From contig CAMKKZ010000018.1 in the NCBI GenBank assembly GCA_946413525.1, positions 1,082 through 65,081 of the forward strand: a stretch of DNA of 64,000 nucleotides, read 5' to 3'. This DNA comes from an uncultured Oribacterium sp. GTDB taxonomy: Bacteria; Bacillota; Clostridia; Lachnospirales; Lachnospiraceae. A program made the translations under genes and the position numbers. Below are positions 44,316 to 51,836 of the stretch, in pieces (position 1 is the stretch's first letter; every line of letters starts with the position of its first letter). The notes beneath the pieces were generated by a model that worked only from the letters and a program-made list of their open reading frames with translations, was not told the origin of the DNA and searched no databases.

Positions 44316-46073
44316 TTACATCGTGGGCGCCTGGACTTGATTCGCATCTTTCTTCACATTGGCATGCTCCCTGACAATGCCGGCCTTCCTGCGGCGGAAA
44401 GCGGCGCGCACTCCGGCTCTTTCTTCCAGCTCCTGTAAGCTTACAGGCGTCCTCCTCCGTTGACTGGCGGCAGCGCGGATCTCCTCTGCCTTTTTCGGAT
44501 CGACCAGGTTCAAGATACCCAGGGCTCCCGCAAACCTGTCTTTCCCGGCCTTTGTTATCTGCTCTTTCATCCTTCCGTTACTCAGGTATTTCTGGCAGGC
44601 ATTGGAAATCTTTTGAGCGCTTTCCGCAAGCGCCCTTTTCTCCATGTTGTTCAGTTCCTTTTTGCCGGTAAGCTCCGTGAAGGTCTTCAGTTCGGACATC
44701 ATATTTTTATATTCCTTGCTGTCTCCGAAAAGTCTCCAGCTTCCGTTCATCATGTCATAATAATTCAAAAGCTTTTCCTGAAATTCAGGCTCCTTGCTTT
44801 TTTCAGCGAAGGCCATCTTTTCCCCCATGTATATGGCCCTATTCATCATGCCAAAGTTATCTTTCCCCATCTTTGGATAGTCCCCAAGCAAAAAACAGGT
44901 GCTTTCTACTGCTGCCTTTATAATCTTCGGATCTTCACCTGCCATCGACTTCTTTATTTTATCAATGAATTCAGGATCGTTTACATTCACATTTTTTAAA
45001 TTTTCCAGGAAGGTCTGGCTTTTTTTCGCGAGATTCTGGAAAAATTCGCTCTTTTCCTCGTAGGACTGGAAACCCTCCTCAGTTTTGCTCTTGCAAGCTT
45101 TGGAAAGCTGCTGCATCTCTTCTACCCAGCCCTTGTAAGGCTCGGCCATGTTTTTTATTTCATAATCCGCCCCGAAGGCGTCATTCGTGATGCCATCGAA
45201 CTGGGCGGAAAAATTGGACAGAAACACCACCTCCTCATTCGTCATATTCTTCTGAAGCTGTTCTCTTCTCAAAGAGATGTTAGCGGAAGCTGTTGACAAA
45301 TTGTGATGTTTATCACTTAAATATACACCATGAAGCACCTGATTGAGATTCGTTGTGTTATCCGTTTTCTGAAAGAATTTTTCCATCGTTTCATACGGTA
45401 TGGAAGCCACTTCCTCTCCGGCTTTCTGGAGCCTCTCCAGCTTCTTATCCATGGCATTCAGGTATTTGTTCTCATCGAGCTTCGCCATCGTTGCCAGGGA
45501 CGTATTCTCAAGTCTGAACGTGAAATCATAATAGTCATTATAGGCTTTAAAATAATTAATGAATTTCTCGCTCACAGGCTGAAGATCCGGATCATTCTTC
45601 AGCATCGCGGAAGTCGGCATATGTTCAATCTGCTCAAAGATGAAGGTACTGATTATGAATGTTTCATCGGACATATGATCCAGCGCGTTCTCTTTGTCGG
45701 AAGTATAGCGCCTCATCTGGATTTCGTAATATCTCAAATACTCATAAAGAAAAGGCTGCCTTTTACTGAGTCTATCATTCTTCAGCATTTTCTGTACAAG
45801 CTTCAACGAACTATCCATGGCCTCCTGCCCCGAGCGGGCTATATCTTCATTGATAGAACCGTTTTTGAAACCGTTAGGAAGATCAAGCGCAGGATATTCT
45901 AAATTAACTATACCTTTAGTAAGCGTCCCCATAATGTCTTTATTCAGCTGATCATCCCAAATAACGATCAGCTTATTGATGTCGTCTCTGTATTTCCAAA
46001 GACCCTCCCAATTATAAAGTACACTCATAAGACTTTGAAAAATTCCAAACGTGGCAATTGAGTAGTGCTTCAT
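44316..46073 (-). CDS. hypothetical all-helical protein, AT-rich orphan
   Basis: 585-aa uninterrupted ORF with own consensus promoter; sampled lines 33-37% GC versus 55-62% nearby; no motif recognised. Confidence 0.7.
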   Translation of the reverse strand: MKHYSIATFGIFQSLMSVLYNWEGLWKYRDDINKLIVIWDDQLNKDIMGTLTKGIVNLEYPALDLPNGFKNGSINEDIARSGQEAMDSSLKLVQKMLKNDRLSKRQPFLYEYLRYYEIQMRRYTSDKENALDHMSDETFIISTFIFEQIEHMPTSAMLKNDPDLQPVSEKFINYFKAYNDYYDFTFRLENTSLATMAKLDENKYLNAMDKKLERLQKAGEEVASIPYETMEKFFQKTDNTTNLNQVLHGVYLSDKHHNLSTASANISLRREQLQKNMTNEEVVFLSNFSAQFDGITNDAFGADYEIKNMAEPYKGWVEEMQQLSKACKSKTEEGFQSYEEKSEFFQNLAKKSQTFLENLKNVNVNDPEFIDKIKKSMAGEDPKIIKAAVESTCFLLGDYPKMGKDNFGMMNRAIYMGEKMAFAEKSKEPEFQEKLLNYYDMMNGSWRLFGDSKEYKNMMSELKTFTELTGKKELNNMEKRALAESAQKISNACQKYLSNGRMKEQITKAGKDRFAGALGILNLVDPKKAEEIRAAASQRRRTPVSLQELEERAGVRAAFRRRKAGIVREHANVKKDANQVQAPTM

Positions 46074-46114
46074 TTCAATTTCCTTTCAAGTCTATCCCAA
46101 TGTAAAAACAAATT

Positions 46115-46143
46115 CATTATACTTTGTGATGCCGCCTTTTTCA
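46115..46143 (-). promoter_or_regulatory. consensus sigma-A promoter of the 585-aa gene
   Basis: Minus strand TTGAAA (46143-46138) N17 TATAAT (46120-46115), ~45 nt before ATG 46073. Confidence 0.6.
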
Positions 46144-46161
46144 ACTGATAAAACAGCTTTA

Positions 46162-46390
46162 ACCGCGGCACAGGGAATGCCGCGGTAGGAACCGGTACCA
46201 AGTATGCCTGATGCATAGTTAATACCCAGGTATAAACTATGCATCAGGCATACTTAGTACCGTATTTGGCGCATCCCACAGGGATGCGTCTGAAGAAAAT
46301 ATGCCTTCAGGCATGTTTTCTTCAGATTTTTCCGCAGCATTCCCTGGCTGCGGAAAAACCCAGGTTTTTCTGCGGCCAGTGAATGCCGCA
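46162..46390. other. cluster of six or seven consecutive stable hairpins
   Basis: CCGCGGCA/TGCCGCGG 46162-46184; 27-bp stem 46193-46219/46234-46260; CGCATCCC/GGGATGCG; 16-bp stem 46289-46324; TTCCGCAGC/GCTGCGGAA; TCTGCGGC/GCCGCAGA. Confidence 0.8.
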
Positions 46391-46430
46391 GACTCTGAAC
46401 GATTTCCTGGAAAATGGATCTGCCCCGGCT

Positions 46431-48248
46431 TCAGATTGCCCCGCGGGTAAGGACTGCCTTGTTCCGAAGCACCGGATCCATGCTGTTCCTCGCGCTCTGA
46501 CGCACAGCCGCCCTCCGCTTCTCCATCGCCTCCCTGAACTCTTTCTTTTCCGGATGAAGCGCGTCCTCCTCGGCTACAAGATTATTATAATTTGTCCTGA
46601 CCCTCATGGAAACCTCCTTATATTGTCCGGCATATGCCCCATAGAACTTGTTCGCCGTAGCCAGCGAAGCTTTAAGCTCGGGCTCGTCCTTGTCCTTGTT
46701 GGCCATGCCGATTGTCAAAAGCTCCTTCGACATTTCCTCGATGGACTCCTCCGCCGCGACGCCGACCCTCATCATTCTGGCAGCCACCTTCCTCTCATCG
46801 GGGGAAAGCTTTTCCGACTTCATGCAGTCGCTGGCAAGGTCGGTCACCGTCCGAAGCTGATCCATCAGGGAGCGCCCGAAATGCACGGTGCTCATGTCCG
46901 CCCCTGTGTCGTCCTTCATCTCCCGCAGCCACTTCTGAAGTTTGTCCATATTGTCCTTCAGAAGCCTTGCCTCCGGTGAAAGATGGGAGCCCTTCTGGCC
47001 AAGCTCCGCGGCTCCCTGCTCAAGGTTGTCCGAGAAGAACGGGCCGGTAAGGGCCTCCACCACGTTGGAAACGGCGGCCATCCTGTACATCTCGTCATGC
47101 TCCATCCGGACGGGGGCGACCATTTCCTTCGGAAGCATCCAGTCGCTGTGGCCCATAATGCCGCTCTCCCTAATGTCACCGAACTCCCTTTTGAGCTTGA
47201 CTCCCTGCTTCTGCCTTTCGTCCTGCTCTCCGACATTGGCGTTCATTGTCGCGTTATCGAGGAATTGAAGCTGCCCGTTTTCCAGATCCGCGTCCGGGAA
47301 GGCTTCTTCAATTTCCCTGCGATTATTTTCTTTCGTAAGCGACACGTCCTTCAGCCATACAATGTCGATGCCATCTGCCCCGTTCCCAAGGCTGCCATCC
47401 ACCAGCTTCGAAAGCTTCACATGGTAGCTGTAGTTCGGGTCAGGATTCTTGCTTTTCGCCATTTCCTTATCCCGTCCCTCCAGATACCTTTCGCTTATGC
47501 TGGGGAGCGAGTCCTTGAAAATGATTTCGTCCCCTTCAATCCCGACGATGGTACGGAAATGCCCTCCGCTTACCATGCCGACGGGCGACTTGTCCTTCGT
47601 CAGGGCCTCCTTGATCATGTTGATCAGGGCAGTCACCGCGTTCTGCTTATAATTTTCCTCTCCTATCCCGGCAGCATCCCCCATCCAGTCCTGGTAACCG
47701 TTCACGGTAAAGGAACGCATGGCCGTATTCGGAAGCACCTCCTGCATCAGATCCGACATTTCCATCGGGTTGCTCACGGTGTCCTCATTCATATGGCGAG
47801 TCGCATCGTTGTTCAGCGCCCTGCCCTCCTCCAGGCTGATATTCGGACGATAGGCCCGGATCTCCTCCTGGCTCAGGTTGACCCCGCGGCTCTGCAGCAG
47901 GAGCTGGTAGGTGCAGGACCAGCAGCCATTGTCGGAGCTCTGCAGCTCGTCCAGGTGAATGTCTGGGAGCACGGCCCCGTTTTTGGTCTCTCGCACAGTG
48001 GGAAGCGGCGCTTCATACCCTTCCTTCCTGTTCTCCTTTCCGATTTCAGCCACCTTTTCCGAAACCTGGATCCTGGCATTAAGATGATCCTTCTCATCCT
48101 GGCTAAGCTCCGGATTCTTGTCGAGAAAATCCTTCAGAAGATCCGGATTCCCCGTATTCCGATACCCTTTATTCTCATTCGCATTAAGCTTGTTGCCCTT
48201 CGGGAACTGCGCACTCCTGCTAATATTTATTTTCTTAGGCATATTCAT
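46431..48248 (-). CDS. papain-like cysteine protease domain protein with large helical C-terminal region
   Basis: 605 aa; Q103-x5-C109-W110 (ELQSSDNGCW), H230-x5-G (GGHFRTIVG), D246 16 residues after His = papain-fold spacing; no signal peptide; start may be ATG 48242. Confidence 0.7.
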   Translation of the reverse strand: MNMPKKINISRSAQFPKGNKLNANENKGYRNTGNPDLLKDFLDKNPELSQDEKDHLNARIQVSEKVAEIGKENRKEGYEAPLPTVRETKNGAVLPDIHLDELQSSDNGCWSCTYQLLLQSRGVNLSQEEIRAYRPNISLEEGRALNNDATRHMNEDTVSNPMEMSDLMQEVLPNTAMRSFTVNGYQDWMGDAAGIGEENYKQNAVTALINMIKEALTKDKSPVGMVSGGHFRTIVGIEGDEIIFKDSLPSISERYLEGRDKEMAKSKNPDPNYSYHVKLSKLVDGSLGNGADGIDIVWLKDVSLTKENNRREIEEAFPDADLENGQLQFLDNATMNANVGEQDERQKQGVKLKREFGDIRESGIMGHSDWMLPKEMVAPVRMEHDEMYRMAAVSNVVEALTGPFFSDNLEQGAAELGQKGSHLSPEARLLKDNMDKLQKWLREMKDDTGADMSTVHFGRSLMDQLRTVTDLASDCMKSEKLSPDERKVAARMMRVGVAAEESIEEMSKELLTIGMANKDKDEPELKASLATANKFYGAYAGQYKEVSMRVRTNYNNLVAEEDALHPEKKEFREAMEKRRAAVRQSARNSMDPVLRNKAVLTRGAI

Positions 48249-48249
48249 T

Positions 48250-48535
48250 CTCCTCTATTAGAGTGGTTTTTTGCCACTCTAATTTCCTGACATACCGATG
48301 CGGTATCGCATCATTAAGGCTCCTCTATTAAATAAAGTAAATAAAGTGGTTTTTTTGCCATTTTAATTCATGACAAACCGATGTGATATCGCAAACTACA
48401 TGGCTCCTATATTAAAGTGGTTTTTTGACCGCTTTAATTTCTGACTAACAACTGCGGTATTGCAAGCTACATGGCTCCTTTAAAAGTGAGTTTTTGCCTC
48501 GATGCGGTATCGCGTTTCGCGTTAATATAGCTTCT
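48250..48535. repeat. two-hairpin intercistronic repeat, cluster e (4 units)
   Basis: CTCCTCTATTAGAGTGGTTTTTTGCCACTCTAATTTCCTGACATACCGATGCGGTATCGCATCATTAAGGCTCC followed by three type I units ending CTACATGGCTCC. Confidence 0.9.
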
Positions 48536-48612
48536 AAAATGAGTTTTCACTTTTGAATACGGCTGCATTATACAACCAGTGACGACACAAAAGCGTCACA
48601 AAGCTAATTAAT

Positions 48613-48659
48613 GTAATTATTCAGCGCCCTGTTCGCAGCCGCCTTTGGCGAATGCTCAT
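48613..48659 (+). mobile_element. truncated MITE-like end (left 47 nt only)
   Basis: GTAATTATTCAGCGCCCTGTTCGCAGCCGCCTTTGGCGAATGCTCAT aligns with the left end of copy A. Confidence 0.6.
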
Positions 48660-48692
48660 TATCACCTTTGGAAGCTTATCGCCCGGAGGACC

Positions 48693-49565
48693 CTATGCGG
48701 AAAGGAAGTCCCGGACGGCCTGTATGCGGCTTGCCGCCATCTTCCTCCCCGTCCGATATACCCTTTCCAGCTCCGCCGGGTCACTTTCCGTCCTGCCGAT
48801 CCCAAGGCTTTCCGATGGCCGGATGATCATAAGCTCCCCCGCCCGTTCCAGGGACTCCAGCTCCCTGATCTGCGCGTTATACCGCTCATGGCGCACCTTC
48901 ATGGCCTCCCAAACCTTCGGATATTTCCTCAAAACGATCCGGAACAGCGGGAGGGCGGAAGCCTTTTCCTTACGGTACTCCGCAGGCTGGGTCAGAACGA
49001 CCACATTCCGATCATACCCCCGCTCCTTCATGCAGCGGTAAGGGACAGCCTCCACGATTCCCCCGTCCAGCAGGCTGTACCCATCCACATTCACCACCCT
49101 GGATACCAGCGGCATGGAAGCGGAAGCCCGCATCCATTCCATGTCCCTCTGCCCGCCATCCGTGCATTGATAATAAACCTCCCTGCCGGTCCTGACATCC
49201 GTGGCGCCGATATAGAATTCCATCGGGTTTTCGGCAAAGGCCTTCCTGTCAAAAACATCCAGCTTGTCCGGAATCTCATGATAGCAGAATTCAGCCCCAT
49301 AAAGATCCCCGGTCTTCACCAGGGAACGCAGGCTGCAATATCTTGGATCCTTACCGTATTTTATGTTATAACGAATTCCCCGTCCAATCTGACGGGACTT
49401 AAAATTACACCCGAACACGGCCCCCGCGGAAATGCCGGCCGCGCCGTCAAATGTAATCCCATTTTCCATGAAAACATCCAGCACGCCGCAGGAAAACATC
49501 CCGCGCATCGCGCCCCCCTCCAGGATCAGCCCTTTCTTCATTCCTTTCTCCATTCCTTTCTTCAT
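48693..49565 (-). CDS. patatin-like phospholipase
   Basis: GGAMRG oxyanion motif, GISAG (GxSxG), LLDGG catalytic Asp; start at one of three repeat-borne ATGs (49565/49553/49541), ORF-track extension overlaps upstream gene. Confidence 0.85.
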   Translation of the reverse strand: MKKGMEKGMKKGLILEGGAMRGMFSCGVLDVFMENGITFDGAAGISAGAVFGCNFKSRQIGRGIRYNIKYGKDPRYCSLRSLVKTGDLYGAEFCYHEIPDKLDVFDRKAFAENPMEFYIGATDVRTGREVYYQCTDGGQRDMEWMRASASMPLVSRVVNVDGYSLLDGGIVEAVPYRCMKERGYDRNVVVLTQPAEYRKEKASALPLFRIVLRKYPKVWEAMKVRHERYNAQIRELESLERAGELMIIRPSESLGIGRTESDPAELERVYRTGRKMAASRIQAVRDFLSA

Positions 49566-49575
49566 TCCTTTCTTT
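49530..49575 (-). repeat. 12-bp x 3 repeat at patatin start
   Basis: TTCATTCCTTTC-type units at 49538, 49550, 49562; each gives AAAGGAATG (weak SD + ATG), encoding MKKG/MEKG. Confidence 0.75.
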
Positions 49576-49641
49576 AATCTTCTCCTTAATAATTTCCTTA
49601 ATAATCTATTTCTATGACATCTACGGCGCAAAGCGGATCCC

Positions 49642-51390
49642 CTATAACAGCCCGGCAATGCAGGCTTTCCTGCAGAAGCACACGCCATAAGAAACCACCC
49701 CCGCATAGCCCTCCGAAAGGACCCCTTCCTCATACCGTTTTTCCCGGATCTGCCGGAAGGCCTCCTCAATGCCGCCCTTCATCTGGTTAAAGGCTTTCCG
49801 GACCTTAAGCTCGAAAAGATAGGCGGGATCCGCCGGACGGTGCGGATAGAGGATAATGTCGGGACGCCCGTCACCGGCCTCCCGGTTGGAGCGGACATCA
49901 TATCTCGGGAAACCCATGAGGAGGGAAAGGAGGAATCCGTGATAAAAGCTTTCCCCGCTGTCAAAGGTGCTGATTGCCTGTTCAAGCAGGCCGCTTATAT
50001 AATCCGCCACCCCGTCCGCATCCCTCCGGCGCACCGCGTCATACAGTGCCGTCCTGTCCGACTGCTTTATAATCCCGTTGAACCATCTGCGGATCTGGTC
50101 CATATATACATATCTTATCTCCTCATTGGGGATACGCATGGTCAGCCAGGTTTCATTTACCTCAAAACGTTCGGACACCTTCCTCATATATCCCGTAAAG
50201 AAAAGGAAGTTCCAGAGATTATCCTCCGATTGATAAATGTCGTCATAGGTGATATCCTCATGAACCCTTTTTTCGATCACGCCTCCACCAATCAAAATGT
50301 TAAGCTCGTCCTTCTGTTCCTCGCTGGCATGCTCCACCAGATCCTTTATAATGGAATTTGACGAGGTGTTTGACCAGTAGGGCTCCGGAAACGCGTCCGG
50401 ATTGTACAGGTGGACCTTTACGTACTTAATCACGCTCCACGGATTATACACTTCCGCGTCCCCGAAGAGATAGCCGTCATACCAGGCCCGTACCTCTTCC
50501 TCCTTCTCACTCACGCCATAGTCCCTGAGCATCTGCATGGTTTCATCAGGGGTAAATCCGAAATACTCCCCAAAGGCATTATCACGCACAGAACAGATTT
50601 CCAGATGGTTAAGTCCCGTGAATATGCTCTCCTTGCTGATCCTGAGGCACCCCGTCACAACCGCGAATTCCAGCGCGTCATTGGTCTTCAGCGCGGACTC
50701 AAACAGGGAGCGTATGAACCCGACCATCTCCTGGTAAAACCCGGCATAATACGCGTTCTCCAGCGGGACGTCGTACTCGTCCAGGAGAATCACCACATTC
50801 CTGCCATAATGCAGCTTAAGGCATTCGGAAAGGGTCTTCACCGCAGTGGAAAAGCGCGCGACCTCCTTTTCAAAGCCCTCAGCCGCCTCCTTACTGTCCC
50901 GGAAATGCTTACTCTTCTCCTCCCATTCAATGTTGGCATTATATAAGGCCCGGAAAACAGCCTTTTGGTTCTCCGGCACCTTTTCCGAAAGGAGCACATA
51001 GGAATGCCGCGTAAACTCCCATATGATTTCTTCCCGAAGCTTCAGGAAGGCCGCGTAAAAATCCGGCTGCTTCGCGGATTTCAGGCTCAGCTTAATTACC
51101 GGGTACTGTCCCATTTTAGACAGAATCCCTTCGCCACAGCCCATGATCTTCATCCCGTCGAAATACCTCCGGTTGTCCACCGGCTTCCCATCGTTATCCA
51201 GCTCCGCCTCGAAAAAGGTCCGCAGCATGGACAGGGCCAGGGTCTTCCCAAAGCGCCTCGGGCGGGTAAAAAGCGTAACAATCCCGCCTTTCTCTACGAC
51301 ATCACGGATCAACAGCGTCTTATCCACATAATAGCATCCATCATCAATAATTCTCTTGTAATTTTCATACCCGATCCCTATTTTCTTCAT
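49642..51390 (-). CDS. AAA-ATPase_like / PD-(D/E)XK nuclease family protein
   Basis: 582 aa; GIGYENYKRIIDDGCYYVDKTLLI..TRPRRFGKTLALSMLRTFFE matches the predicted AAA-ATPase N-domain usually fused to PDDEXK_9. Confidence 0.8.
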   Translation of the reverse strand: MKKIGIGYENYKRIIDDGCYYVDKTLLIRDVVEKGGIVTLFTRPRRFGKTLALSMLRTFFEAELDNDGKPVDNRRYFDGMKIMGCGEGILSKMGQYPVIKLSLKSAKQPDFYAAFLKLREEIIWEFTRHSYVLLSEKVPENQKAVFRALYNANIEWEEKSKHFRDSKEAAEGFEKEVARFSTAVKTLSECLKLHYGRNVVILLDEYDVPLENAYYAGFYQEMVGFIRSLFESALKTNDALEFAVVTGCLRISKESIFTGLNHLEICSVRDNAFGEYFGFTPDETMQMLRDYGVSEKEEEVRAWYDGYLFGDAEVYNPWSVIKYVKVHLYNPDAFPEPYWSNTSSNSIIKDLVEHASEEQKDELNILIGGGVIEKRVHEDITYDDIYQSEDNLWNFLFFTGYMRKVSERFEVNETWLTMRIPNEEIRYVYMDQIRRWFNGIIKQSDRTALYDAVRRRDADGVADYISGLLEQAISTFDSGESFYHGFLLSLLMGFPRYDVRSNREAGDGRPDIILYPHRPADPAYLFELKVRKAFNQMKGGIEEAFRQIREKRYEEGVLSEGYAGVVSYGVCFCRKACIAGLL

Positions 51391-51400
51391 TAATCCCAGC

Positions 51401-51625
51401 CCTCTTCCCTATTAAAGTGGTTTTTTAGTTGCTTTAATTCATGATAAACAACTGCGGCATCGCAGGCTAAATGGCTCTTCTATTTAAAGTGGTTTTGGTT
51501 GCTTTAATTCCTGATAAACAACTGCGGTATCGCAGGCTAAATGGCTCTTCTATTTAAAGTGGTTTTGGTCGCTTTAATTCCTGATAAACAACTGCGGTAT
51601 CGCAGGCTAAATGGCTCTTCTATGC
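51401..51625. repeat. two-hairpin intercistronic repeat, cluster f (3 tandem units)
   Basis: Units 51411-51480, 51481-51550, 51551-51620; last two 70 bp each, differing only at 51500 (T) vs 51570 (C). Confidence 0.95.
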
Positions 51626-51836
51626 AATAGTCTTCTACATTATAACAAAATAGGGAGCGTCATTTCAACAGCCGGACAAAACGCGCGGCCAATGCATCAA
51701 AAGAAGCCCGGAGCCTGCCTTGCTGCATGTCGCAGCGGCCTGCTCCCGGGCTTCGTGAAAAGGAGGAATCTTCATTATTACTACTCAGGGAACCTCTGAA
51801 CAGTTACTCTCGTTTACATTCCCTCTATCGTCTGAA

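Noticed and set aside
48340-48470. Mini-ORFs on the plus strand inside leader-repeat units (MTNRCGIA.., MINNCGIAG*)
   Set aside because: The ATG is not conserved among units (ATGAC / CTGAC / CCGAC / CGGCA), and lengths and stops vary. Conservation follows the hairpins, not a reading frame.
48400-48475. AGGAGCC-ATG-TAG start-stop mini-cistron on the gene-sense strand of type I units
   Set aside because: It is present in only some units (ATGTAG). In others it is ATTTAG, ATATAG or AAATAG, so it is probably incidental to the unit junction sequence.
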